Shown in pieces: positions 1 through 12,266 of a stretch of 64,000 nt of DNA. The notes beneath the pieces are model-generated. The model ran no database searches. It worked only from the letters and a program-made list of their open reading frames with translations, and was not told the origin of the DNA. The stretch comes from Antedon mediterranea. Lineage: Eukaryota > Animalia > Echinodermata. The stretch covers positions 6,934,201 through 6,998,200 of the forward strand of contig NC_092670.1 of NCBI RefSeq assembly GCF_964355755.1, written 5' to 3'. The position numbers were made by a program, and so were the translations under genes. Within the stretch, counting starts at the first letter, position 1. Each line of letters opens with the position of its first letter.

Positions 1-359
1 GGTCCCTGGATGGAACATGATATCACGCGTCTCGACCCAACGGTGAACGATTCGTACAAAGTGATACCGCCAAACAAGTGCGTACTAGCTATTGTTTAGT
101 AGTTAGATCTCTGGCAATAATGAATGCATAAAAGTGCATAATAGCCCTCTGACGTACTCTCACGGTCAATGGAACGTCGTGGTTTTCTAGGCGCTGAAGC
201 TATATGAAGTGAACGCGAACGTTTTTTACTGTATATTATATTCCCCGACAAAAAGTACCCGTGTTCCCCGACGGTGGGGCTAGGCTCCCCGATGAGGGGG
301 CTAGAGCCCCCGTAGCCCAGAGCCCCCGTAGCCCCCCCCCCCCGCTGGCGCCACCACTG
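1..359 (-). mobile_element. Terminal part of a non-autonomous hAT-like element (same family as 27732-30537), truncated by the window edge
   Basis: Near-identical reverse complement of 27732-28074. Ends in the TIR CTGGCGCCACCACTG at 345-359. Confidence 0.85.
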
Positions 360-958
360 AGTCCGACGGTTACACTTGCAAAAGGGATAAACTTTTCTTG
401 ATACGAAGAAGGTATCACAATGCGAAGAAAGTTTTCCCCCAAAAATGCGTGAACAGTTTCTCCAAAAGCGCGAGAATTGTGGTTACCCAGAAAGCACGGA
501 AACTGCAAGGAAAGAATATCATCTACACCAAATCTACATGCGCCACGCGAGTGATTGTCGTCGTGACAGATTTTTTTGGTAAGTTTTGATTTATAAATAT
601 TTATAAATAAAAAGGCTTGTATAAAGGCAAAACCTACAGGTTAACGTAAGAAAATGTTGTTATTTACTAGGAAATTGTCAAATGAGAGCTAAGACTAAAA
701 TAAGAATCTAACAATACATCATAGCCTACACTATTCATTGTAAGCTACGAACAACGTGTTAGGCCTATCTTGTCTCTCGGGAGTGCATGCTCTCAGAAGG
801 GAGGTATACCTCCCCGCTAGAGTATCACATGATTCAATACCCGTATAGGCCTACCAGCGATACGCCATATGACAAGTAACTTTTCTTAACTCAAGACTAG
901 ATGATGCCTGCACGCTAGCTATATGACCTACTACAGTAGGCCTAGGCATATGCTTTAC

Positions 959-987
959 CAGGGAAGAGTTAAATTAACTCTTCCCTG
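959..987. repeat. 29-bp palindrome CAGGGAAGAGTTAA-A-TTAACTCTTCCCTG
   Basis: Perfect 14-bp arms. Flanks GCTTTAC/ACTGTAC match at 5/7 positions, a possible degenerate TSD. Confidence 0.6.
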
Positions 988-2227
988 ACTGTACTAACTA
1001 CTAGAGAAAACAGCTAAATTTATATTTAAGATGTTCATACATTTATTATAATTATTTTTAATTGCAATTTGATTATATTTTTCAGATGCTGAACAGTTTT
1101 TTTCAGTATTATTGTTTATGAATGATAATGATATAAATGCAAGTACTATTTACAATGTTTTTATAGATTAGTATGATATATAATTGCTCTATATGTGGAT
1201 TATTTGAATCATATACAATTTGTAAACTAATTTCTCGCATATCATTTAACCATGGATTTAATCCTAATTTTTATGTTACTTGTGGTTTAGACAATTGTTT
1301 AAAAACCTTTAGAAACGTTGGTTCTTACAAGTCTCACTTGTATAGGAAGCATAGAGAACATTTTAAGATTCAGGATGACACTCTCCATGAGCACATATAC
1401 AAATGTCCGGTTTGCATTTCTACTGTTATTTCCATCAAAGAAACTATCAATCATCTTAAAATCCATATTTTTTAGATTGGTTCATTGCAATGTCCCATTC
1501 AAGACTGTAATTCAGTTCAACATTTACACTCTTCATTAAGAGCACACATTAGTAGGAATCATAAAAATGTCACATGTGCCAACCTAAAACCACAATGGAA
1601 ATGTGAAGATGAAGAACATGATATATTAGATGATGAGCACATTGATGATTATCCAGTAGAATTGCGAACACCTGTACCCAATGTGTTTACAGCTTAGCTT
1701 TAGTTTTGTTAAAACTTGAAGCCATAGAATTAGTTCCTCGGTCAACAATCCAAAAAATTCTTGTATCTCTAAATGAATTAATTTCACTATGTAATCAACA
1801 AGTTGGTATTTCCCTACAGAATATTTTTGGAGGTTTAAATCTTTCTAGATTTGAAGAAGAAAGCATCTGTGAGACAGTTGAACAGGGTGTTTTTCAAAAT
1901 GCCTTTGACTCTCTGAAAACTGATTTTTTAAGAAGGAAATTTTACGAAAAAACTTTTCAATTTGTAGAACCTATTCAGTATAAACTTGAAGATAATAATA
2001 GCAACAAATGTTTTTATTATTTTCCTGTTTTAAAGACTATTCAGTCTGTGTTAGGTGATCCCGATAAACTAGAACATATTTTTAATTCGGTCAATGATGA
2101 CAATCCAGATTATGTTTTGTCACATTTCACTGATGGGAGTTTTTACAAAAACAAAAGACTACCAGAGCCATGGATTCGATGTGTGTTGTATTTCAACGAA
2201 TTTGAAGTAGTTAATCCACTGGGTGCT

Positions 2228-4770
2228 ATGGGTAAAGCCCAAGAGGTATTTCTGCATTGGCTGATGATCAATGTGAAAGCTATGATGCGGTTAAAACTGC
2301 TGTTTTGTCAGCTTATGAGTTAGTTCCAGAGGCGTATCGTCAGAAATTTAGGAACTTAGGTAAACCTTATGATCAAAAGTTTACAGAATTTGCACGTAAG
2401 AAGCAGATTCTTTTTGATAGATGATGTAGTTCGGAAGGAGTAAACGGTGAATTTGGAAAGCTTCGCGAGCTTATGTTAGTTGAGGAGTTTAAGTCTTGTT
2501 CTCCTACTGAAGTTTGTACACATCTAGAGGAGCAGAAAGTTGATAATTTAATGAAAGCGGCTTCTGTTGCCGATAATTATGTGCTCACGCACAAGGTGGT
2601 GGATACCAAATCGGTTTTAAAATTTGTTGATGATTCTAAGGTCCAAAGTCAGAAAACCACAGTTAATAGTAGTAGTAAATTTGTCAGAACTTGTTTTTAC
2701 TGCAAGAAAAAGGGTCATATAAAGGCAGATTGCTTGCTGTTTCAAAGCAAATCTAAAGGGGATAATAAGAAACTCAATCACTTCCAAACACGTTAGTAAA
2801 TACAGTCCCGTTGAAAGTGACAGAGAGTCATGACGTTGATGAAAGTGAGAAGTTGATCCTATCTTCAGGTCCGGAAAAAGTGCGAAAGCTATTTAGCCTT
2901 TCCTCTCTAAAGGTTCTGTAGCATTGATCAACGATGTGAATCTGAGTAAAGTTCGTGTCTTAAGAGACACAGGGGCGTCACAATCCCTGATAATAGAATC
3001 GGCATTGTCATTTTCAAACGAGTCTTCTGCTGGAGCAAGTGTGCTCATTCAAGGTGTTGAAGGGGGTTATAAGGAAGTCCCACTTCATGTAATTTGGATT
3101 GAAACAGATTGTTAGCGGAGATTTTGTTGTCGGTGTCGTTCCGAGTCTTCCACTATGGGGTGTCACACTCCTTTTGGGGAATGATTTGGCCGGAGACAGA
3201 GTGACAGTAGAACCGGTTGTGTGCAAGAGTCCTGTTGAAGACGAAAGCAATAGTGATACCTGTACGTCAACACCAGTTACGTGTGTTGTTGAAGAGAATT
3301 CTGAAGAGTTTGGGGATCCTGATACATGTGTTAAGTTCAGTAATTCAGATTTCCTTGCAAACATTGAAGAAAAAGTTGGTCATTTATCTCGCGATCGTAA
3401 GGTTGAAATTGTTAGTTTGATATTTGGAAATCTGCAGTTGTTTTCCGATGTTCCAGGTCGAACGAACTTAGTGGAGCATGACGTTAAGACAGCTGATTGT
3501 TCACCAATAAAACAAAATCCATATAGAGCAAATCCATTCAAGATGAAGATATTACAAAATGAGATTGATTACATGATTAAGAATGATATAATCAAGCCTA
3601 GTTGCAGTGCTTGGAGTTCTCCATGTATATTAGTTCCAAAGCCAGATAAATCGTATCGTTTTTGTACTGATTATCTGAAGGTTAATGCCAAATCTACTAC
3701 AGATTCATATCCCATACCGAGGATAGATGACTGTATTGATCGTGTGGGTAGTGCTAATTTTGTCAGTAAATTTGATCTTCTAAAGGGTTACTGGCAAATT
3801 TCTTTAACCGAGCGAGCAAAAGAAGTGTCAGCTTTTGTAACTCCCATGGGTCTTTATCAGTATAAAGTCATGCCTTTCGGTTTAAAGAATGCACCAGCCA
3901 CGTTCCAGAGATTGGTTAATGGTATAATTTTAGGGTTGGAGGGCTGTGAAGCTTATATAGACGGTTTGGTTGTTTATAATGATACATGGGATGTTCATGT
4001 GCAGAGAATTAAGGCATTGTTTGTCAGGTTGACAGCTGCAAATTTGACAGTAAATTTGGCGAAAAGCGAGTTTTTCCTGTGCAGAAATTGTGTTCTTAGG
4101 TCATAAAGTTGGTTGCGGAAAAGTGAAACCATTAAGTGCTAAGATTAAGGCAGTCTGTGATTTCCCAGTTCCAAAGAGTAAGCAGGAGTTAATGCGGTTC
4201 CTGGGAATGGCTGGGTTTTATCGACGTTTTTGCAGTAGTTTCTCAATGCTTGTAGCTCCATTAACGAATCTGCTGAAAAAGAATGCGAGTTTTGTGTGGT
4301 TGGAGGAATGCAATAATGCGTTCATTAAAGTTAAAGCGATGTTATCAAACAAACCGGTGTTGATGGCTCCACAATTTGATAAACAGTTCTTGTTAATGAT
4401 TGATGCCAGTGATGTTGGTTCTGGTGCTGTGTTGGCGCAAACAGACGAGAATGGTGTTGACAAGCCTGTGTGTTTCTATTCGAGAAAATTCAACCAGCAT
4501 GAGAAGCGTTATTCTACTGTTGAGAAGGAGACATTAGCTTTGATGTCAGCGTTAAAGCACTTTGAAGTGTATCTTGGATCTACTCCGTTTCCAATTGTAG
4601 TTTGGACTGACCGCAACCCATTAACGTTCTTGGCAGGAATGAAGGACAAGAATCAACGCTTGTTGAGATGGAGTTTAGCAGTTCAAGAAATGAATCTGGA
4701 AATTCATCATATCAGAAAAAAAGACAATTTTGTAGCTGACGCATTAATGGCATACACGGATTTAAAGTAA
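2228..4770 (+). pseudogene. Gypsy gag-pol remnant (gag, protease, RT, RNase H; no integrase)
   Basis: ORFs 2473-2796, 2924-3115, 3099-4106 (MPFGLKNAPATFQR; YIDG in place of YIDD) and 4090-4770 (DASDVG..GAVL, YSTVEKE, ADAL). Frameshifts between segments. Confidence 0.9.
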
Positions 4771-4921
4771 AGTAATTATAACTTGTGAAATTTTAAAGAA
4801 GCAGTTGAAGTAAATTCATATCAATGACCTGTTAAAATAACTACTGTATAAGAAAAGATTTAAGATCTTATAGTAAACAGTTATAAGTTTAATCATATCA
4901 AACTTTCTTTAAGTGGGGGTG

Positions 4922-5053
4922 TGTGATAATTTGTAACACGGAAGTGAGCCCTCTAGAGTAAAAGAGAGGAGATGAATAAAGATGGACGACAACTACAACG
5001 TGTTTTGTTATGTTCTTATTGTTGGTTTCAGCCTAACGAGCGAGCCCGTAACA
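4922..5053 (+). repeat. 3' LTR (short, probably deleted)
   Basis: Begins TG directly after the polypurine tract and ends GTAACA next to the TSD. Confidence 0.7.
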
Positions 5054-6945
5054 GTGCTCATACGAAAAAACACAAGATGGCTGGTTTCTATTTCATTATT
5101 GACAATCTTGGTGATCAAAGAAATTCTCAACTAAAGTCTATTTATCTTGCGATTATGTGTCCTTCTAAGTATTTGACTATTGAATATTCAGAAAAAATTT
5201 TAACTCCTCTTTTGCAAGATTTTGAAGTACTTGAAAGAGAGGGAATTGTTGTAGATCAACAGCACCTAAGAGGTTCTCTTGTTTTTGTAGCTGGTGACAA
5301 CCTTGGTCAGCATTTTCTTGGAGGATTTTATGAAAGTTTTGCATCTACAGTTCAAAGGCCATGTAGATTTTGCTTATGTATAAACACTGGTATGCAGAAA
5401 AATTTTATTCCATCAGAATTTGTTCTTCGAAATGAAAAAAATTATGACAGACATGTATCAATTGTACAAGATGATCCAACAGTTGCAAATCAATATGGTG
5501 TTAAATATAAGTCACTTCTTAACTCCTTACCTTCATTTCATGTCACTTCTGGTTTGCCTGCTGATTGTATGTATGACATCTTAGAAGGGGTAATTCCATA
5601 TGAACTCAGTTTGATTTTAAATTCTTTGATTAAAGGTGGATTTGTCACAATTAACTACATTAATAAACAGATCAAGTCATTTAAATATGGTCCATTAGAT
5701 AAGAGGAATAAACCAGTTATTCTTCATGTAAAGGGAAATACTGTAAAAGTAAAACAAAATGCTGCAATGAACTGGTGTCTCATAAGACTACTGCCATTAT
5801 TAATTGGGACCAAAATTCCTGAAAATTTGAAGCAGTGTGTTGAGATTATATTTTACCCTTCTATCACCATAGGTGTAGCTGTAAATCTGAACTATATTGT
5901 TCAGACAAATCTTGAGATGTTTAAAGAACTCTACCCAGATAATAGAATAAAACCTAAACAACATTATATGCTTCATTATCCTGATCAGATACTTACGTAT
6001 GGTCCTTTAAAGTCAACATGGACAATGCGATTTGAGGCAAAACACTCATATTGTAAGCGTGTTTTACAAACATCTAAGAATTTCAAAAATCCATGTAAAA
6101 CAATTTCAAAGAAGCATCAGTACAAAATGGCTTATATGGCAGTAGGATCTGAATCAAACCCAGAAAGCATTGATATTAAACGTATTACTAATGATATTTT
6201 AGAACTATATCCTGAAGACGTTAAACAACAACTATAAATGCAATGAATATAAATTCACACACAGTGTGCAGTTGCAATAATGCCTATGTTAAGGGAATTC
6301 AATATAAAACGGGAATGTTTGTTGTTATTGGAGTAAGAGAGGATGAACCTATATTTGGTTACATATGGAAGATAATTGTCGATCAAGATTCCCTGTGTCT
6401 TGTCACTCACAATGTGGAATCTATTTACTCACACCATTTGTCAGCATATAATGTCAATACAACACAAGATCTCACAGTAATCAGGCAATCGCACTTGTTA
6501 TCATTTTATCCTTTATCAGCCTACATGGTTAATGGGCGTAAATTTGTGTCTTTAAAGTTCTATATTTGCAATGAATAATTTTCCTTTGTGAACTTTTCTG
6601 CTGAAGTCTGTTTCCTGTGATTAATTTTTCATTGTATAGAAAATTGTATATTTTTGGTGAAAATTTAAGAAAAAAATAGTGTTGGCTACATTTTTAGATT
6701 ATTATTTTTTCTGATTATACCATATTAAAAATTATGTAACAGTTTTCGAAAGTCAGTATTATAAAAATATTGGAATTTCTTATATTGCAACAAATCCTAA
6801 CATTTTAAACAAAATTATAAAATAGTGATTTATGCAGCAACATTAAATTGGCTTTGACTGACCTTTTATACTCTTAGTTACAGAATGGAAAAAAATTTTC
6901 TTGTAAAATATAAGATGAGTCAGAGAGTAATTGATGTTGGATTGA

Positions 6946-7257
6946 TTTTTGCGCGCGCACTGCGCGTTAAATGTTATTGCGCACTCTTTTTGCCCGATTT
7001 CTGTTTTCTTGACTTACTTTTCAACTCGAAATTACGTTATACGAGCACGTCAAAAGTGACAGGCTACGCACGTGTAAATTAAAAAAATATAAATGTTTTT
7101 AAACATTTCAACATTTTTAAACATGTTCAGTAATTTCGGTCAGTATAGTTCACTATGTCGGTCGGTCGGTCTGTCTGTCTGTCTGTCTGTCGGTCTGTCT
7201 GTCGGTCCGGTATCACTATGCATTGTAGCACGCGACTTAATGGCTGTTGGCCTTGTT
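6946..7257. mobile_element. Short non-autonomous Helentron-associated (DINE-1/HINE-like) element
   Basis: (GTCT/GTCG)n microsatellite core. Ends GCACGCGACTTAATGGCTGTTGGCCTTGTT and sits in T-runs. Confidence 0.5.
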
Positions 7258-9048
7258 TCATTAGACGTTAGTTTACGAAATACAATTTCTCCGACATCGC
7301 TCCCAGAGTCGAGCCTTGATGATAGTTCAATTGCAAGTTCTGATGACTCCGCAATGGAAAAAGACAGCCAGTCAAGTTCAGATGAAACATGCACTGGAAA
7401 CTAGTCTTACCATCTCAATGAAAGATTTCGAACCAAATTTCCTATAAATGAAGATCGTTTTTCAAAAGATTTACAAGATGCACTGTACTACAAAAAACCT
7501 CTAAATTGGAGGCAAAGGAAAGAAATATTGGACAATTTATCAGAAGAAATTTTGAAATATACATACTTTCCAAGTAGGCAGCAACGAAAATAAGTTTGTA
7601 TTGCTTTAATACAAAAGTATCCATATTTGAAAGAAAATCTAGGGAGTGGAACAGATGGATGGCAGGAGCGGATACGTGACAAAATGAAAAATGTCCGTAG
7701 AAACAAAAAATCAGAAGGCCCTTTACAACGAAATAATCCAAAACAGAATGCTCTAGAACCCCAGTTGAAGAAAGTGAGTATCTGTATTATTAACTTTAAA
7801 TAGCACAGCTATTTTGGCTATGGTAATGATCACATTCATGAATGCATCTCCTACCAATTAAAATTCACTTTCCCTTCCACTGGGAATTTTGCTGGTTCAT
7901 TTATTGAAAAAGACCTGAAGTTGGAATCTAAATACTCAAACATAAATTTATACAATTCCATTTTGTTATGATTGCCATGTAATTATCAAAATTATATTGT
8001 TTTAATTGTTATCGCTAATATTTTTACTTATTTTCTTTAATTCAATTTTCAGGCTAATAGAGGAGAAGTAAACTTTGCAATTGAAATACCAGAAGGGGAA
8101 GATGAACTAACACTGACAAAACATAAAGATGATATGAAGAAGGAAAACAAGAAAAATGTACCAAATCAAAAGCTAATAGAGCGAAGAATGGAAATCACCT
8201 ATCGTCAAAGACGTCAGTTTATAAATTTGAACCCTCCAGTTTCAGAAATTAAAGAAGAGTTCCCATGTTTATTTCAATTTGAAAGTCTAGACAATGAATT
8301 TAACCGTTTGATGGGCAGTTGTTTGCATACAAAATTTCAAAGTTCTCTGGAGAATGTAGCTACTGATATTTTGACACTTGGAAAAGCATCCAACAAAATC
8401 AGTAGTGACGATTACGGTATATTTGATCAAGTTGATACAGAAATTGTTGGAATATATTCTTCTACTCGACAATCCACAGCAGCAATACTTTTCCTACCAT
8501 ATTTGCTTGGTAATTCCCCAGATGCTTTACATAAACAATTTAAGGTACTGGACACATTGTTTGTTTTCTTTTAAATGGTGGTTTATAATAAAAATGCTGG
8601 TTTATAAACATAGAAATATGGTTTAAATAAATATTTACTACTACATATTGAAGTAAATAATATATTTATCTAGTTTAGCATGCACTGTTTACAATTTTGC
8701 TATGCCTTTAAATTGGGAAATAAATACAAATTCTATATAAAATATACTGAATACATTAAGTAAAACAAAATCTTCAACATTTAAGTTGTTTATTTATATT
8801 GCATGCATTTTATTTTAATTGCAAAAGACAATGCCTTGTAAATGCTGTGTTGAAATTTGTTTTTGTTGATTGATTTTGATTTTTGTTTTGGTCTAATATA
8901 GGATGATTGTACACTAGAGTCCATACTCAAGTCTTCAAATAAAGGTGAACTCTTTATTGCTATTGTGGGCAATATCTATAAGCCGAAATGTTATATCATT
9001 GCTGAGAAGGTAAATTTGATGGAAACAGATTCTGTGATCAATGTCATG

Positions 9049-9204
9049 AGTTTATTTATTTATTTATTTATTTTATATATTTAGGCAAATTGCCCAGGAT
9101 AACCATAAGCAAATTCAATCACTATCATTCTTAAAGGTGGCAATCCGTTCACGAGACAAACATATACACACAATGCTCTACATAAACAAAGTCTTTATTA
9201 CAAG
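9049..9204 (-). mobile_element. Short retroposed 3' tail fragment interrupting the last SAMD3-like exon
   Basis: (TTTA)n tail at 9050-9075. The coding motif resumes at about 9205. Confidence 0.4.
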
Positions 9205-10570
9205 TTCAGCGATGGGTATTTACTATGCTTGTAATTTGCAGTTTCAAAAACGAGCTCTGGAAACCTTGGTATTCTTTCAGAAATTTCTTTTAGAAATTAC
9301 AGACAAGATAAAGGTACCACGAAGGGTTCTTTCACTTGCTGAAAAACTTAAGAAGTAAACTAATGATGAAACATTTTTGTACCTTGACACCGTTTTAGTA
9401 TACTGTATTTTGCTAAATTCTGCAACATCAGTTTTATACAAATGTTAATGGAAAATGTCATTTTTATATTATATATTATATAAGAAAAATAGTGTATATT
9501 ATTTAATATAAAACAAATGTTGCAGACTTCAAAGCAGGGATTTTGTTCTCATATTTAATTTAAAAATAATTACATTTACTTACCAATTGGAATTAGCTTA
9601 ATAGTTTGTTTTAAAAAAAACAATGAACCGTTGATTCATTCATTTTGTTGATCATTTCAAAACAGATTCTGTTCAATGCCATGAGTTCAGTGATAGGTAT
9701 TTACTATCATAATACTATTCTTGTAATTTTATGTTGTGTTTTAAAGTCTACATGAAAACATACCTTGCCAAATTCTGCAACATCATTTTTATACAAAATG
9801 TTAATTAAAAATGTCATTTTTATTTGTAATTATTGAGCTGTTTATTTAATTTTAATAATAACTTAATAACATATATATTGATTTACCTTTATAAGAAAAA
9901 TAGTGTATATTATTTAATATAAAAAAGGTGTTGCAGACTTTTAGTTGTGTTCTCGTGTATAATTATACACAAAGGATGTTATTCAGTTACTGCACTTTGT
10001 TATTTAAATTCAGGTTGTAATTAAACAGCTTTGTTGGATGTGTATATCTTGAATACATTTTTTCTACTCGTTTCTGTATTTTTTAGGAAATCCACTGTGA
10101 ACCCACATTTTGGTGTAACCAGATAACCCAGATTATGTGGTTGCTACTTTGCTGCCACCAATAACTGGTGTAATAAAACCTTTCACTAAAAAGCTGGGTA
10201 ATGTACCCCGAAAAGCTGGGTAAATTTAGTTTTCCCACGCCAGGGAAACATCCACTTTCCCAATTTTGGGTAACATTTCCCAAAGAGGAAAATAAGAGTT
10301 TACTCCACTAATTGGTGGCAGCCTGGTGGCATCCACTTTTAGGGGAAAACTAAGCATATATTTTATACAGTGTAGCTTTATTCAGAGGCGTATAAACATG
10401 GTCGTTATAACTTTGTATATGCTTCCAAGAAGCCCTGATCCACGCCCAGAATCTTTTAGGATTAATGGTAATATCTTTGGACAAAGCCTCTGATTACAAA
10501 GCTTTTGAAACTTGTTCTGGCCAACCTGAAATTGTCCACAACAATCCTAGTATTTAATTCTAAATACTTT

Positions 10571-11190
10571 CTACTTACTACTTACTACTATGAGCAAAGA
10601 AGCATGTTCCCGGGAATATAATTGAGAATATTTACAATATCATTATAATTGAGTATTACAAAATTATATAAAATTCTATTATTACTATTTATAAAAAAAA
10701 ACTGAAATAGATTCATGGTCAGATTTAAACCACTTTATCTTCTTCTTAACGTTTTCCGTCTTCCGACATTACGCTTTCCACAATTTGTTTCCATTTTTGT
10801 CTGTTTATGGCAGGATGGTGTGTTATTGTGTTAGTGTCTACATTTCCTTGTAAGTCTTTCTTTATTTGATTCATCAAATTATTTATGGGTCTTCCTACGG
10901 GTCGTTTTACTTTCCTGTTAGTTTCCTTCATTGTTTGTTTGATTGGGGTATCATCCGGTAATCTAATTATGTGTCCATACCATTTTAGTCTCCATCGTTT
11001 AATTCTTTTACTCCATTCTTCTTGTTTTGTTATCTCGTATATTTTCATGTAACACACTCTATCTGTTAATTTAATATTTATTATCTTTCGCAACATTTTC
11101 CTGTTATATATATCTATACTATAAACAAGTTTAATCCAGTAGTAAAACTTGATGAGCCCAACATTTGTATTAAATAATCTCAAAATCTAA
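10571..11190 (-). mobile_element. 5'-truncated RTE-group LINE 3' end
   Basis: ORF 10746-11183 has IKRWRLKWYGHIIRLPDDTPIKQ..RPVGRP..W. Short (CTA/CTTA) tandem tail at 10571-10590. Confidence 0.75.
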
Positions 11191-12266
11191 TATTTTATTG
11201 TTGCACTTGATCGAATGATTGCACTTATAGAGACCGTTACCTATTTAGAACGGTATCAATAAATAGCTAATTCATATTGCCTATGTTATCATTTAAATAT
11301 GGTTGTTTGCATGTCTAAAAAGCCCAACTGATTCCTGTAATATTATTAATAATAATAATATTTGCATAATAATTTTGTAGGTCTACAAAAATATGTATTC
11401 TGTGCAGATCAACGTTGTTTTTAAAAAAAATACTTGATTAATTCTCGGAAATCTAGTTTTCGGCTACGACTAGAAATTGAGTAATTGTTCATTATACCTA
11501 ATAATAGTTTTTTAATATTTCTATAGCATTCCACTTCTGAATTGTCTTTTAGTATTGGAATGTAATGCATGACTTCTTTGATCGTTGAATAAAAGTTCTA
11601 TTTTATACTTTAACAACAGCATATTGTATATATTGCTTTATATATTATGGCGCGATGGTGTAACGACCACGCATAGCAGTGGAGCATATTTTACCGTCAA
11701 AACGACGTGTTTAATCCACTGCTAGACAGTTTAACTTATGTGCATGCTGCTTATTATTATTATCAGAAGTTGCTATTTGTTTATCGTTTTTTGAAGTTTT
11801 TTGTATATTTTTCTGTAATTTTACGGCGAAGTGTTACACGGAACCTAGCCTGCGCGCCACTATCGGAGTTATAAAACAGTCCTTTGCTGGACTATGAGTA
11901 TGACTGTCAATGCCAGCCTAAATCCACGTGATTGGATACATCCCGAAAGTCATGACCTCTGAACCACGAGCGAATTTTTTTGACCAAAGTGTACAGCTGC
12001 AAACAATACACGAATACACAAGTTGTGCTTCATTTGAATACACAGTACGTGGTTTTTTTAACTACATGATGTAGCTGGTTTAGTTTTGACGCACTGTTTT
12101 GTCTTTTGTGTGGTATTTTATAGTCAGTATTGTTCCTTAAATATTCCTAGATATGTACATAAGGCTAGTATACTTAGTGAATGTAATTATGTTATCTCGT
12201 GCCACCTTTAATTAATGAATATGTTGAGACATGGAACGTAATTAACGATGATATCGTGTACCTTAA

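Larger units (their letters stand above)
2228..5053 (+). mobile_element. Internally deleted Ty3/Gypsy LTR retrotransposon (Gmr1-like layout)
   Basis: Gag (AYELVPEAYRQKFR, CCHC knuckle), protease LRDTGA, RT, RNase H, PPT AAGTGGGGGT at 4911 and a short 3' LTR. Flanked by duplicated GTGC(T) at 2223-2227 and 5054-5058. Confidence 0.9.
1173..6578 (+). pseudogene. EnSpm/CACTA-type transposase with N-terminal C2H2 zinc fingers, split by a Gypsy insertion (join ~1173-2227, 5059-6578)
   Basis: C2H2 fingers in the ORFs from 1173 to 1697. Motif FNEFEVVNPLGA|HTKKHKMAGFYF rejoins across the Gypsy. Also GDNLGQHFLGGF..CRFC, ADCMYDILEG and PKQHYMLHY..GPL..WTMRFEAKH. Several stops and frameshifts. Confidence 0.8.
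6885..9358 (+). pseudogene. Spliced SAMD3-like accessory gene of the EnSpm element (exons ~7265-7773, 8053-8544, 8902-9048, ~9205-9358)
   Basis: Motifs ALIQKYPYLKE..GWQERIRDKMKNVRR, RGEVNF..PEGED, MEITYRQRR..EIKEEFPCLF and YYACNLQF..TLVFFQKFLL. GT-AG sites present. In-frame stops and insertions. Confidence 0.65.
373..10372 (+). mobile_element. Decayed CACTA/EnSpm (CMC) DNA transposon
   Basis: Carries an EnSpm-type transposase and a SAMD3-like second gene. Candidate termini TA|CACT (373) and CAGTG|TA (10372). GTTTTCCCC/GGGGAAAAC and TTACCCAG/CTGGGTAA motifs occur inverted near both ends. Left boundary uncertain. Confidence 0.65.

Noticed and set aside
1706-2323. 205-aa ORF as a standalone gene
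   Set aside because: Chimeric: transposase up to NPLGA, then read-through into Gypsy gag sequence.
4972-5053. N-terminus of the 421-aa ORF
   Set aside because: Translated LTR sequence. The real transposase resumes at the TSD.
9400-9940. ~130-bp direct duplication in the EnSpm 3' region
   Set aside because: AT-rich local duplication with no sign of function.
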